Below are positions 16,860-26,806 of a stretch of 64,000 nt of DNA, one piece after another (positions within the stretch are counted from its first letter, which is position 1; each line of letters begins with the position of its first letter). Position numbers and translations under genes: made by a program. The DNA comes from an uncultured Dehalococcoidia bacterium (GTDB lineage Bacteria; Chloroflexota; Dehalococcoidia; Lucifugimonadales; G958296245): assembly GCA_958296245.1 (NCBI GenBank), contig OY282458.1:1786197-1850196 (forward strand), given 5' to 3'. The notes beneath the pieces were generated by a model. That model was not told the origin of the DNA, did not search any database, and saw only the letters and a list, made by a program, of their open reading frames with translations.

Positions 16860-17549
16860 ATGGATATCCGCATCTACAGCCTCCTAGAAGGAGCGCGCAG
16901 CGCCCGCGGGACGGCCGTGATCATCGACGTCTTCAGAGCGTACACCACGGCGGCCGTTGCGTTTTCGAGAGGCGCGGAGAAGATCATCCTCGTTGCCCGC
17001 GTCTCAGAGGCGCTCGACCTGCGGGAGCGAGGGGCGGGTTCGCTGTGCGTCGGAGAGGTAGACGGTATCCGGCCTGAGGGGTTCGACTTCGGCAACTCCC
17101 CGTTCGAGCTGTCGAAAGCTGACGTCGCAGGGGCGACCCTGATACAGTCGACGCGCGCGGGCACCACGGGCGCTGCGGCGGCCACAAGCGCCCGCCGCAT
17201 CTACGTGTGCTCTCTTGCCGTAGCCTCTGCGACTGCAAGAGCGGTCCTTGCCGATGCCCCGGACACCGTCTCCATCGTAGCGATGGGAGACAAGGGCAAG
17301 GCACGCACCGACGAGGACGAGCTGTGCGCCCTCTACCTGCGCAACCTGATCGAGGGCCGCCCCTCGGACCACGACGCCATCCGCTCCCTGGTGAGAGCCA
17401 GCGCGCACGCGGGCAACTTCGCGGACGCCTCCAAGCCCTGGTACCACCCGGAGGACATGGAGATGGCTCTTCGCGTCGACTCATACCCGTTCGCCATGCG
17501 CGTGGCACGCGAAGACGGTCTGCTGGTCGCGCGCGCCCTCAGGGCGTAG
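16860..17549 (+). CDS. comB: 2-phosphosulfolactate phosphatase family protein (ComB-like)
   Basis: The N-terminal AVIIDVFRAYTTAAVAF motif and overall length match the ComB family. Confidence 0.75.
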   Translation: MDIRIYSLLEGARSARGTAVIIDVFRAYTTAAVAFSRGAEKIILVARVSEALDLRERGAGSLCVGEVDGIRPEGFDFGNSPFELSKADVAGATLIQSTRAGTTGAAAATSARRIYVCSLAVASATARAVLADAPDTVSIVAMGDKGKARTDEDELCALYLRNLIEGRPSDHDAIRSLVRASAHAGNFADASKPWYHPEDMEMALRVDSYPFAMRVAREDGLLVARALRA

Positions 17550-17577
17550 CCCCCGGGGGTCTCAAGCCGCCGCAGCC

Positions 17578-18474
17578 TCAGGGCTTTAGCCTGAACGCCT
17601 CGGGGGGCGTGGCGGATGGCACGCGATGGGCGGTGCTGCGGCCCGAATGCATGACCGTCGGCTCGTATTCGGCGCGCAGCACCCTTTCGGGTATCGGGAG
17701 CGAGTCGTAGGTAACGGCGGTTGGGCGAAGGAAGGGCTCCGCGTAGGCGCATCCGGCAAGCATGCCCCAGCGCCCGTCGCGGGCCTCGGCGATCCAACGC
17801 GCAGTCTCCCCGTGGTAACCCTGGCTGACCAACTGGTCCATTGCCTGAATCTTCTTGTGTATGACCGGCGTTATGTCCACCCAGACGTCGGGGACGATGC
17901 CCGGGGTGAGGAAGCTGTTCGAGTTGGCCTCCTCGCCGGAGGCGAACGAGAAGAAGGTCTGCTTGACGCCGTGGTACGGGTGGACGCCGTCGAACTGCGG
18001 TACCCTGTTCGACGCGGTCTCCAACGCCTTCATGACGATCTTGCCGGTGATGGGATGATCGTTGGGGGACGGCCCGGCATCCACCGGCAGGTGGGTGATC
18101 AGGATATCCGGCCTGACCCGGCGGATGATGTCGGCTATCTCATTGACCTTGTCCAAGTCGAAGTATATCTCGTGGTCGGTCCAGCCCAGAGTTATCAGCT
18201 CGCTGACGCCGAGCACGTCGGCTATGCGCTCGGTCTCGCGTCTCTTGAATCCCCTGTAGTCGGCGAGCGTCATGTCGTCAACGTCGGGGTCGCGCTCGCT
18301 CTCCGGCTTCTCCATCTCGTCGTGGAGCCACTGCATGTGATGCCGGTCGCCGTCGGTGACTACGACGCTGGTAATCCTATCGCCGCGCTCGGCGTGCAGG
18401 GCGACGGTGCCGGAGGCCTCGGTTGCGCTGTCGGCAGGGTGAGGGTACACGACCATGATGTTGAAGTTGCTCAT
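17578..18474 (-). CDS. PIG-L/LmbE family deacetylase-like protein (paralog of 4518..5363)
   Basis: IMVVYPHPADSATEASGTVALHAERGDRITSVVVTDG and RPDILITHLP motifs. Confidence 0.75.
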   Translation of the reverse strand: MSNFNIMVVYPHPADSATEASGTVALHAERGDRITSVVVTDGDRHHMQWLHDEMEKPESERDPDVDDMTLADYRGFKRRETERIADVLGVSELITLGWTDHEIYFDLDKVNEIADIIRRVRPDILITHLPVDAGPSPNDHPITGKIVMKALETASNRVPQFDGVHPYHGVKQTFFSFASGEEANSNSFLTPGIVPDVWVDITPVIHKKIQAMDQLVSQGYHGETARWIAEARDGRWGMLAGCAYAEPFLRPTAVTYDSLPIPERVLRAEYEPTVMHSGRSTAHRVPSATPPEAFRLKP

Positions 18475-18501
18475 TTCTGATGGATCTCCTGTCTCGCCGG
18501 T

Positions 18502-18897
18502 CTACAGTGGGAGCGGCATCTCGATCAAGGCGACGCCCTCGATCTCCACCAGCCACTCGGGCTTGGCCAGCCCCACGATGAGGGTCGCGTTCACGGGGGC
18601 GTTCCCCCCGTAGTAGTCCTGCCTTGCCTTGCCTATCGCGGGGAAGTACGCCGCGTCGGTGATGTACGTGGTGGTCTTTACCATGTCGGCCAGTGAGCCG
18701 CCGTGCGCCCTGCAGGCGTTCTCCAGATTCTTGTAGACCTGGCGGAGCTGGGCTTCGACGTCCCCCTCGCCGTGGAAGTTGCCGCTCTCGTCGAGGGCCA
18801 CCTGCCCCGCTATGTACACGGTATCGCCGGCCCGGACGGTCTGGTGCAGACCGGGCATTTTAACCATCGTGTCCGGATCGAGCCTCTCGATTGCCAT
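18502..18897 (-). CDS. ridA: RidA/YjgF family reactive-intermediate deaminase
   Basis: 131 aa with GDTVYIAGQVALD, a TTTYITD-type region and a C-terminal EIEGVA, typical of the family. Confidence 0.9.
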   Translation of the reverse strand: MAIERLDPDTMVKMPGLHQTVRAGDTVYIAGQVALDESGNFHGEGDVEAQLRQVYKNLENACRAHGGSLADMVKTTTYITDAAYFPAIGKARQDYYGGNAPVNATLIVGLAKPEWLVEIEGVALIEMPLPL

Positions 18898-19082
18898 CCT
18901 CTGCCCTCCTGTCTCGAGACTGGGCCGATTCTATCATTGCCCCAGCCGCGCGTAGCAGGCGTCTTTAGATCTCGCCCACCCCTTGGTAGCCGGGGCACAG
19001 CCCCCGGGTAGGACCTCTCTGTCTCCCTCCGGGTCTCACAGAGTCTGAACAGTTACTTGCAGGGGGCGGGGTCGAGCCGGCC

Positions 19083-19766
19083 TTACTCCTTGGACGGCGC
19101 CTCCGCGCCGGCTTTCAGGAGACCCACGCCGAGTATGACGGCCCAGGCCACCCAGACGACGTAGCAGGCTCTGGCTATCGTGATCGCGGAATCCAAAAGG
19201 TCCGTGGAGCTAATCCCGACGATGAAGCTCACCACCGCGACGAGCGATGCCAGGGCCGTTATCAACGCGGCGACCCTGTTGAAGCCCTCCTTGGCAGAAA
19301 GAGCGACGCTGAGGAGGAGGAAGCCCAACGCGATGGCGACGCCGGATATCAGGATAGCCCCCGACTTCACCGCGTAAACGGGCACCATGGCCGCGATGGC
19401 CTCGGGGCCCTGGGCGTCGGCCATTGCGAGCGTCAGCCCCTGCGCAAGCACCCATCCGACGTTGCCAAACAGCACCAGCATGAAGCCGGCTCCCGACAGT
19501 GCGTCTCCACTGCCGCCGTCCCTGATGCCTGCATGCACTACGTACAACCCATAGGTGGTCATAACCAGGCCGAGCGCTATCACGAGCGCCGTTACGTCGG
19601 AGAGCGACGGATCCGATGCCACCGCTGACACGGAGGCTACGGGGTCGGACGGGTCTGCGCTTCCGACCAGCAGACCGCCGGGCTGAATGAGGAAGAAGAC
19701 AAACGCCAGCACGGGGCCGACGATAAGCGATAGCGCTCCAAGTTTGTTTACCGACAATGATCCCAT
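19083..19766 (-). CDS. hypothetical polytopic membrane protein
   Basis: About 6 predicted hydrophobic helices. The start is set to ATG 19766, preceded by GGAGGG; the track start at 19826 lacks an SD. Confidence 0.55.
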   Translation of the reverse strand: MGSLSVNKLGALSLIVGPVLAFVFFLIQPGGLLVGSADPSDPVASVSAVASDPSLSDVTALVIALGLVMTTYGLYVVHAGIRDGGSGDALSGAGFMLVLFGNVGWVLAQGLTLAMADAQGPEAIAAMVPVYAVKSGAILISGVAIALGFLLLSVALSAKEGFNRVAALITALASLVAVVSFIVGISSTDLLDSAITIARACYVVWVAWAVILGVGLLKAGAEAPSKE

Positions 19767-19830
19767 GGCCTGCCCTCCACGCGGAAATGTGGCGTACAGT
19801 ATCGCCCAAAGGGTGGATTCTCGCAACGCC

Positions 19831-19860
19831 TTTACACGACTCCCCCATCAGCCTTATCAT
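19831..19860 (+). promoter_or_regulatory. sigma70-like promoter upstream of copA (TTTACA-18-TATCAT)
   Basis: TTTACA at 19831-36 and TATCAT at 19855-60, 120 nt upstream of the copA ATG. Confidence 0.45.
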
Positions 19861-19863
19861 ATT

Positions 19864-19885
19864 CATATCCCCTACGCGGGATATG
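19864..19885. promoter_or_regulatory. inverted repeat CATATCCC-N6-GGGATATG; candidate CsoR-type copper repressor operator
   Basis: Perfect 8-bp arms, starting 4 nt downstream of the putative -10. The AT-rich ends with a C/G-tract core resemble operators of CsoR-family repressors. Confidence 0.4.
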
Positions 19886-19979
19886 GTGCGGAGACTGAAC
19901 GGGGGCTCGCCGTGACTATTCCCCACCACGCCAGCGGCGCCCCGCCGGATGCCCAAGGGCAGCGGCCGCGAGGCCCAAC

Positions 19980-22418
19980 ATGAGAAAAGATCTGCCCGTC
20001 ACGGGCATGACCTGCGCGTCGTGCGCTCACAACGTAGCCGCCGCCCTGGAAAAGACGCCCGGCGTGGCAACCGCCGCGGTAAACCCCGTCACCGGGCGCG
20101 CCAGCGTAGAACTGGCGGCGCCGGAGACTCGGACGGACGCCTTGGTCCGAGCCATCGAGGGCGCCGGCTACGGCGTGGCGACGGAGACCCTGAGCCTGAG
20201 CATCGGCGGGATGACGTGCGCCTCGTGCGCCGCTCACGTGGAGGCCGCGTTGGGGAAGGTCGACGGCGTCTCCAAGGTAACTGTCAACCTCGCGGCCGAC
20301 CGTGCCGCCGTAGAGTACGTCCGGGGGGCGGCGGACGTCTCGGGCATGAAGGATGCCGTAGAGGGCGCCGGGTATTCCGTGTTGGACGAGGAGGCCGGGG
20401 AGGCTCCGGGCGAGGCTGACGATCGAGACCTGACGCAGCTCCGCCGCAAGTTCCTGTTCAGCCTGGCATCGGCAGCGGCGATCATGCTGTCCATGACGCC
20501 GCCCGTCAGGACGGCCGTCCCGTTCGACCTGGACTTTGTGTTTCTCGCGCTGGCCACGCCGGTCCAGTTCTGGGCGGGCGCCCAACTCTACTCCAGCGCC
20601 TGGGGCGCCCTCAAGCGCCGCGACGCAAATATGAACACGTTGGTCGTGGTCGGCACCTCGGTAGCCTACCTCTACAGTGCGGCAGCGACACTGTTGGACG
20701 GTTCCTTCCTCTTCAGGGAAGGGAACCCCGCCACCTACTACGACACGTCCACGGCAATAATAGGCCTCGTCCTAGCGGGCCGATACATCGAGTCCCGGGC
20801 GAGGCGGCGCGCCTCCGGCGCGGTCCGCGCCCTGGCCTCGATGCAACCCAAGCGCGCCCGCGTGGTGCGGGACGGGCGAGAGACGGAGGTCGCCGCGGAC
20901 GAGGTGGCGAAGGGCGACGTCGTCATGGTGAGGCCGGGCGAGCGGCTGCCCGTTGACGGAGAGGTGGTCGCCGGGTCGTCATCAGTGGACGAGTCGATGC
21001 TGACCGGCGAAGGGGCGCCCGTGCTGAAGTCCAGGGGATCGAAGGTGTTCGGCGGCACGCTCAATACCACCGGCAGCTTCAGCTTCAAGGCCACCCGGAC
21101 GGGGAAGGATACGGCTCTGGCCCAGATCGTGCGTATGGTGGAGGAGGCGCAGGGGTCGAAGGCTCGCGTCCAGCGGGCCGTTGACACGGTGTCGCGCTAT
21201 TTCGTGCCCGCAATCATCGCCGCGGCGGCGGCGACCTTCGCCGTCTGGTCCTTCCTGGGCCCAGAGCCGGCATACGTCCACGCGGCCCGGGCCGCAGTCG
21301 CCGTACTCGTCGTGGCCTGTCCCTGCGCGCTGGGACTGGCCACGCCGACGGCCATAGTGGTGGGCGTCGGAAAGGGCGCGGAGAAGGGAATGCTCATCAG
21401 AAACGCGGACGCCCTGGAGAGGGCCCACCGCGTGCAGGTGGCGGTCCTGGACAAGACGGGTACGCTGACGGCCGGCGACCACCGCGTCGCCATGGTCGCC
21501 GGCGGGAGCGAAGCGCTGAGGCTGGCGGCATCCGTGGAGAGCGCCTCGGAGCATCCCTTGGCCCATGCCGTGGTGACAGAGGCAGAGGCCAGGGGGCTGC
21601 AATTGTCGCCTGCGTCCGGCTTCGAGGCCATGCCCGGATACGGCGTCATCGCAAACGTCGACGGGAGGGATGTCGCAGTGGGCGGCCTGCCGATGATGCG
21701 GCGGGCAGGGATGCGGCTTGACGGCCTGCAAGAGCGGGCCGAGGGTATGGAGAGCCGGGGCGCCGCCCTGCTCTACGTGGGGGTGGACGGCAACGTGGTG
21801 GGGGTCCTGGAGGTAGGCGCGTCGCTGAAACCCGAGGCAGCGGAAGCCGTATCGCTCCTGAAGGCGGCCGGCGTCGAGGTTGTGATGCTGACGGGCGATC
21901 GGAGAGGCCCCGCTGAGGCCGCCGCGCGGGAGCTTGGAATCGAACGGGTGGCCGCAGGCGTGTTGCCCGCCGGCAAGGCCGAGTTCGTCGATACGCTCAT
22001 GCGCGAGGGCAAGGTCGTGGCCATGGTCGGCGACGGCATGAACGACGGGCCAGCCTTGGCCCGAGCCGACGTGGGCATCGCCATGAGTACGGGTACCGAC
22101 GTGGCCATGGAGACCGCAGACGTAACCCTGGTCGGGGGGGACGTCCGAGCCGTAGCCAAGGCGATTGCGCTGAGCAAGGCGGTGATGCGCACCATCAGGC
22201 AGAACCTGTTCTGGGCGTTCGCCTACAACGCGGCGCTGGTCCCCATCGCCGCGGGGGCGCTCTACCCCGTCTTCTCGGGTGGGGGGGTGCCGCCGACCCT
22301 GCAGCCGGTCCTTGGCGAGTACGGGTTCCTGGACCCCATCTTGGCCGCCGCCGCCATGGGGGTCAGCTCGATCACGGTCGTGGTCAACTCGCTGCGGCTG
22401 CGCACGTGGGACCGCTAG
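19980..22418 (+). CDS. copA: copper-translocating P1B-type ATPase
   Basis: Two N-terminal HMA domains ([22 protein letters not shown]), the CPC transmembrane motif ([11 protein letters not shown]), DKTGTLT phosphorylation site and [10 protein letters not shown] hinge. Confidence 0.95.
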   Translation: MRKDLPVTGMTCASCAHNVAAALEKTPGVATAAVNPVTGRASVELAAPETRTDALVRAIEGAGYGVATETLSLSIGGMTCASCAAHVEAALGKVDGVSKVTVNLAADRAAVEYVRGAADVSGMKDAVEGAGYSVLDEEAGEAPGEADDRDLTQLRRKFLFSLASAAAIMLSMTPPVRTAVPFDLDFVFLALATPVQFWAGAQLYSSAWGALKRRDANMNTLVVVGTSVAYLYSAAATLLDGSFLFREGNPATYYDTSTAIIGLVLAGRYIESRARRRASGAVRALASMQPKRARVVRDGRETEVAADEVAKGDVVMVRPGERLPVDGEVVAGSSSVDESMLTGEGAPVLKSRGSKVFGGTLNTTGSFSFKATRTGKDTALAQIVRMVEEAQGSKARVQRAVDTVSRYFVPAIIAAAAATFAVWSFLGPEPAYVHAARAAVAVLVVACPCALGLATPTAIVVGVGKGAEKGMLIRNADALERAHRVQVAVLDKTGTLTAGDHRVAMVAGGSEALRLAASVESASEHPLAHAVVTEAEARGLQLSPASGFEAMPGYGVIANVDGRDVAVGGLPMMRRAGMRLDGLQERAEGMESRGAALLYVGVDGNVVGVLEVGASLKPEAAEAVSLLKAAGVEVVMLTGDRRGPAEAAARELGIERVAAGVLPAGKAEFVDTLMREGKVVAMVGDGMNDGPALARADVGIAMSTGTDVAMETADVTLVGGDVRAVAKAIALSKAVMRTIRQNLFWAFAYNAALVPIAAGALYPVFSGGGVPPTLQPVLGEYGFLDPILAAAAMGVSSITVVVNSLRLRTWDR

Positions 22419-22467
22419 GCAGGCCGATAGCCCGCGAGCGGGCATCATCTCTGTTGAGTCGAGGTAG

Positions 22468-23700
22468 ATGAACGCATTCGACGAAGTCAATCTGTCCTTC
22501 GACCGCGCCGCCGACAGGCTGGACCTCGACGACGGGACGCGGGATCTCCTCAAGAAGCCCTGGCGGGAATTGACCGTCTCGGTCCCCGTGAGGATGGACG
22601 ACGGCTCGATCAAGGTCTTCAACGGCTACCGCATTCAGCACAACGCGGCGCGGGGCCCCTACAAGGGCGGAACGCGGTACCACCCACGCGCCGACGTCGA
22701 CGAGGTGCGGGCGTTGGCGTCTCTCATGACGTGGAAAGCGGCCGTCGCCAACATACCGTTCGGGGGTGGGAAGGGAGGCATCCAGTGCGACCCCACCACG
22801 ATGAGCGAGCCCGAGTTGAACCGGATGACCAGGAGATACACCGTCAACATCCATCACCTGTTGGGCGTGAACCGCGACATCCCTGCTCCCGACATGGGCA
22901 CCAACTCCCAGACGATGGCCTGGATGATGGACGCCTACGGCTCTATAGAGGGCTACACCCCGGGAATCGTAACCGGGAAGCCCATCGAGCTGGGCGGCTC
23001 GGTCGGGCGTGACTCGGCCCCCGGTCAGGGTGTCGTCTACGTGATGGACGAGGCCGCCGGCGATCTGGGCCTTACGGTCTCCGGCGCCAGGGTCGCCGTA
23101 CAGGGGTTTGGACAGGTGGGCAGTTGGGTGGCCCGGGCGGCCCACACGAGGGGCTGCAAGGTCATCGCGGTAAGCGACGTGGAGGGCGGAATATATAACC
23201 CGGCCGGACTCGACGTCCCCAGGGTCGCCGAGCGCTACCGGCAATGCTCACGTCTCGCCGGGTTCCCCGACGCGGAGACGCTAACCAATGCGGAGCTGCT
23301 CGAACTCGATTGCGACGTGCTCGTCCCGGCGGCCATCGAGGGGGCCATCCACAAGGACAACGCCGACCGGGTCAAGGCCGCGGTCGTGGTCGAGGCGGCG
23401 AACCACCCGGTCACGCCGGAAGGCGACTCGGTCCTAAACGATCGGGGCGTCCAGGTCATGCCCGATATCCTCGTCAACGCCGGAGGCGTGGTGGGCTCAT
23501 ACTTCGAGTGGACACAGAACCTGTACCAACGCAGATGGGACGAGCGCGAGGTCAACGCCGAGCTGCGCAAGATCATGGCGGGCGCCTACCGCGCAGTGCG
23601 GGAGGTCGTCCGGCGCGAGCAGGTAACCTTCCGCGAGGCGGCGTTCCTCCTCGGCGTGGGGCGCGTCCACCGCGCGGCAAAGCTGCGAGGGTTCGTATAA
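22468..23700 (+). CDS. gdhA: Glu/Leu/Phe/Val dehydrogenase family, glutamate dehydrogenase-like
   Basis: Catalytic Lys motif FGGGKGGI, Rossmann motif VQGFGQVGS, 410 aa. Confidence 0.9.
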   Translation: MNAFDEVNLSFDRAADRLDLDDGTRDLLKKPWRELTVSVPVRMDDGSIKVFNGYRIQHNAARGPYKGGTRYHPRADVDEVRALASLMTWKAAVANIPFGGGKGGIQCDPTTMSEPELNRMTRRYTVNIHHLLGVNRDIPAPDMGTNSQTMAWMMDAYGSIEGYTPGIVTGKPIELGGSVGRDSAPGQGVVYVMDEAAGDLGLTVSGARVAVQGFGQVGSWVARAAHTRGCKVIAVSDVEGGIYNPAGLDVPRVAERYRQCSRLAGFPDAETLTNAELLELDCDVLVPAAIEGAIHKDNADRVKAAVVVEAANHPVTPEGDSVLNDRGVQVMPDILVNAGGVVGSYFEWTQNLYQRRWDEREVNAELRKIMAGAYRAVREVVRREQVTFREAAFLLGVGRVHRAAKLRGFV

Positions 23701-23728
23701 ATCGACCTGGCGGGAGGCCCCGCGCGCT

Positions 23729-23757
23729 TTGACCCGGACCGGGGGCGCTGCTACACT
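23729..23757 (+). promoter_or_regulatory. sigma70-like promoter with extended -10 (TTGACC-17-TGCTACACT)
   Basis: TTGACC at 23729-34 and TACACT at 23752-57 preceded by TGC, about 50 nt upstream of the oxidoreductase ATG. Confidence 0.45.
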
Positions 23758-23808
23758 CCCCGGCAGGCCACGGACACAGGGGCCGTCGATCTCGCTGGAA
23801 GGTAAGAC

Positions 23809-24903
23809 ATGCCAGACAAGCTTCGCGTCGGTCTCATAGGCGCCAACGCCACTTACGGCTGGTCGCCGCGCGCGCACCTACCGGCCCTCGAGGCGCTGCA
23901 CGACGTCGAACTGGTGGCCGTCTGCACCGCTCACGAGGAGACCGCCAAGGAGTCCGCCGAGAGGTTCGGGGCGTCCGAGGCCTACCACGACCACCGGGAG
24001 ATGCTCGACAAGGCGGATATCGACGCCGTCGGCGTCTCCGTGATCGTCCCCAAGCACTACCGGCTCACCATGGACGCCTTGGAGGCGGGCAAGCACGTCT
24101 ACACCGAATGGCCGCTCGGGGCCTCCCTGCTCGAGGCCCGGCAGATGACGGAACTCGCCCGCTCGAAGGGCCTGAAGACCATGGTGGGTCTCCAGGCCAG
24201 ATGCTCCCCCCTCTTCCTGACCCTCAGAGACCTGGTAGCCGAAGGCTACGCGGGGGACGTTGTGGCGTGTCGGCTCAACCAGTTCGGTTCCGGGATGCTC
24301 GCCCGTACCTCCGACCGTACCTGGCAAGCGGACGCGGCGAGCGGCGCCAACACCTTGACCATCTCGTTCGGACACGTCATAGACTCCTTGTGCATGTGCG
24401 TAGGGGAGTTCCGCGAGCTATCGGCGGTGGCGCGCACCCAGGTGGACCGGTGGCTGGAGACCGACACGGGGCGGACCGTGAAGGTCACGTCCCCGGACAA
24501 CGTGTTGCTGAGCGGCGTCTTGGAAAGCGGAGCGGTCGCGTCCGTCCACGTAGCAAGCATCCCTCATCACGGCAGCGGCTACCGGCTGGAGATATACGGC
24601 CGAGACGGAACGCTCGTCGTGGAGTCTCACGAGCACCCACAGCTCAACGGCATACGCCTGCTAGGCGCCAGAGGCGGCAGGGCCGCCCTCGAGGAGTTGC
24701 CCGTCTCCGCCGCCCACAGGTGGACGCCGGAATCGGTGCCCAACGGCCCCCCGCTTAACGTAGCTCAGATGTGGAGCCGCTTTGCTACGGCAATCCGCAC
24801 AGGGGAAGACGCCGAACCCGACTTCGCCCACGCCGTCAAGCGCCACAGGCTGTTGGACGCCGTACAGCGAGCCTCAGCCACCGGCGAGCGCCAGACCCTC
24901 TGA
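23809..24903 (+). CDS. Gfo/Idh/MocA family oxidoreductase
   Basis: N-terminal Rossmann LRVGLIGANATYGWSPRAHLPAL and an EWPL motif (YTEWPLGASLLEA) typical of the family. Confidence 0.85.
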   Translation: MPDKLRVGLIGANATYGWSPRAHLPALEALHDVELVAVCTAHEETAKESAERFGASEAYHDHREMLDKADIDAVGVSVIVPKHYRLTMDALEAGKHVYTEWPLGASLLEARQMTELARSKGLKTMVGLQARCSPLFLTLRDLVAEGYAGDVVACRLNQFGSGMLARTSDRTWQADAASGANTLTISFGHVIDSLCMCVGEFRELSAVARTQVDRWLETDTGRTVKVTSPDNVLLSGVLESGAVASVHVASIPHHGSGYRLEIYGRDGTLVVESHEHPQLNGIRLLGARGGRAALEELPVSAAHRWTPESVPNGPPLNVAQMWSRFATAIRTGEDAEPDFAHAVKRHRLLDAVQRASATGERQTL

Positions 24904-24969
24904 GCGCAGCAGGCCCCCTTGCCTACTTTGGTTAGCCATTCAGCGCCGCAAGCCGTCCTCACCCTGAGC

Positions 24970-26769
24970 TCAGCCCGGCGCTATGGTGCTCATGTTCCAT
25001 CCGTCCATGGTGCGGAGCGGGACGAGGTTCGGGCCGAGCGGCGGCTCCCCCGCCTCGACCCATGCGCCGACCTCCTCGCGGTGCCCGAGGCGTCTTAGCG
25101 CGTTCCAGAGGCTCTGAAAGTTGGCCCGTCCGTGCGGGCCTTCGCAGTCCCAGAAGAAGAGGTGCTCGGCCCCGGCCTTGTAGACCATGTCGGCCATCCT
25201 GCGGTAGCTCTCCGGGCTCATCCACCTCGGCATCAGGTTGACCGCCAACTTGCACTGCGTGCCGCGGACGGCCTCGACGAACGGGGCCACCTCGCCCGGC
25301 TCACTCCAGGTATCGCCGGCCACCGGCATCGCCAAGGGCGCCGGGCTGTACGGCGCCAGGGTATCGATCAGCCCCTCTCTCGCCCACGCGGCCACGTCCA
25401 GGCCGAAGTACAGGTTGTCTTCCTCCTTGCCAAGCACGCAGGCGGTCACCTCCAAGCGCTTCCTCCGCCCCTCGGACTCCCTGTCCATCCGCTGCCGCAC
25501 CCGGCGCATGAACCCGGTCACCGCCTCGGCGCGGTGGGCCAGCCACCCGGGGTCGCGCTCGTCCAGGTCCCGGGGGTCCAAACCGTGCTTGGCCCTGAAT
25601 CCCTCGACCAACGGCGCTTCGTAGTCGACGTATGGCGGGCGGCGGTTGTACAGCAGACACACGCCGTCCACGTCGTACCGGAGGACGTCGGCGAGCATGG
25701 CCAGCATGAAGTCCTGGACCTCCGGGAACGCAAAGGAAAGGCGCGACACGTCGCGCCCCTCCCGGTCGACGCAGTGCAGATCGGGGCGCCGGTCGTACAG
25801 CCCCCCGAGGAAGTCGTACTCCAGCAGCGGCGTCGGGTACTTCCAACCCGCCATCCGATACGCGGCGTGGAACTCCATCCCGATCTCGTGCGCGTAGTCG
25901 AGGGCCACTTGGAAGCGGTCTATCCCCTTCTCGCGTAGTATGCGCCAGCTCTCATGCCTCAACCGGTCGCCCCGGCGGCCGTAGTCGGGGCTGTCCACTG
26001 TGTCGATGGTCCGCCCCACCCGCCCATCGTAGTAATTCAAGTCCCCGTGGGCGAACTCCCAGTAGATGCGGCTGAAGTCCGTGTCACGGTACGGCTCCAA
26101 CTCGCTCATCACCTGCTCAGCCGTAGTCGGTCTAAAGGCCATGAACGCGCTGAAGGCGTCGTTGTGGGCGAACAGCCGCTTGTGGGCGCGGCCCTCCCGG
26201 TCGGCCAACAGCGCGTCCGCCTCGGCCTCCGTGAGTGGAACGAGCTTGACGTACGCGATGCGGGCCGGGGCGCACTCGACGGACCCCGGAGCGCAGCCGG
26301 GGGCGACCCGCCGGGATACCTGATGGAAGACCAGCTGCTGCCCGGTCAGGTCGGCCGTCTTCCAGTAGACCTCTTCCAAGTTCATCCGCCCAAGGTGGCC
26401 GTCCGGGACGAGGGTGAGGTTCGAGAATGCCTTGTCGCCGGTCAGCTTTACGCCCACGGGGATATGGTCGCGGCCACCGGCGGACACCGCCCAGTGCGTC
26501 TCGTGGCCGGATGGGGCGTGGAGGCCAATGGATACGGCGTGCCAACCCTGAACGTCGAGCGGGTAGGTCACGTCGGCGGCTTCCGTCTCCGTGCCTGCCG
26601 CGATCATTACGCCGCTGAACGTCTGCGTCTCGTAGGGCATGGTCCGCCATCGGTTGCGAGATGAACGGACAGTCAGCGCCTCGGACGGCAGGCAACGGTC
26701 TAAGTCGGTTATGTATAAAGGCTCAGAGGCGAGGCCCCGGTCGGCTACGTAGTCTGAACCTTGATTCAT
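24970..26769 (-). CDS. hypothetical TIM-barrel glycoside-hydrolase-like protein (GHL10-like), paralog of 2862..4475
   Basis: 599 aa and the last gene of a five-gene minus-strand operon. It shares sequence blocks with 2862..4475. The function is inferred only. Confidence 0.55.
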   Translation of the reverse strand: MNQGSDYVADRGLASEPLYITDLDRCLPSEALTVRSSRNRWRTMPYETQTFSGVMIAAGTETEAADVTYPLDVQGWHAVSIGLHAPSGHETHWAVSAGGRDHIPVGVKLTGDKAFSNLTLVPDGHLGRMNLEEVYWKTADLTGQQLVFHQVSRRVAPGCAPGSVECAPARIAYVKLVPLTEAEADALLADREGRAHKRLFAHNDAFSAFMAFRPTTAEQVMSELEPYRDTDFSRIYWEFAHGDLNYYDGRVGRTIDTVDSPDYGRRGDRLRHESWRILREKGIDRFQVALDYAHEIGMEFHAAYRMAGWKYPTPLLEYDFLGGLYDRRPDLHCVDREGRDVSRLSFAFPEVQDFMLAMLADVLRYDVDGVCLLYNRRPPYVDYEAPLVEGFRAKHGLDPRDLDERDPGWLAHRAEAVTGFMRRVRQRMDRESEGRRKRLEVTACVLGKEEDNLYFGLDVAAWAREGLIDTLAPYSPAPLAMPVAGDTWSEPGEVAPFVEAVRGTQCKLAVNLMPRWMSPESYRRMADMVYKAGAEHLFFWDCEGPHGRANFQSLWNALRRLGHREEVGAWVEAGEPPLGPNLVPLRTMDGWNMSTIAPG

Positions 26770-26806
26770 GGGGCCCTCCTATGCGCCAGCCGCGTCACCC
26801 GCACGA

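Noticed and set aside
22419-22467. Small hairpin GCCCG-CGAG-CGGGC after copA as a terminator
   Set aside because: It has only a 5-bp stem and no U-tract, and gdh starts 20 nt later with its own SD, so read-through is equally likely. It is too weak to call.
20982-22622. 546-aa minus-strand ORF opposite copA and gdh
   Set aside because: It is antisense to the unmistakable CopA ATPase. It has Arg/His/Gly-rich low-information composition and crosses the copA-gdh intergenic region.
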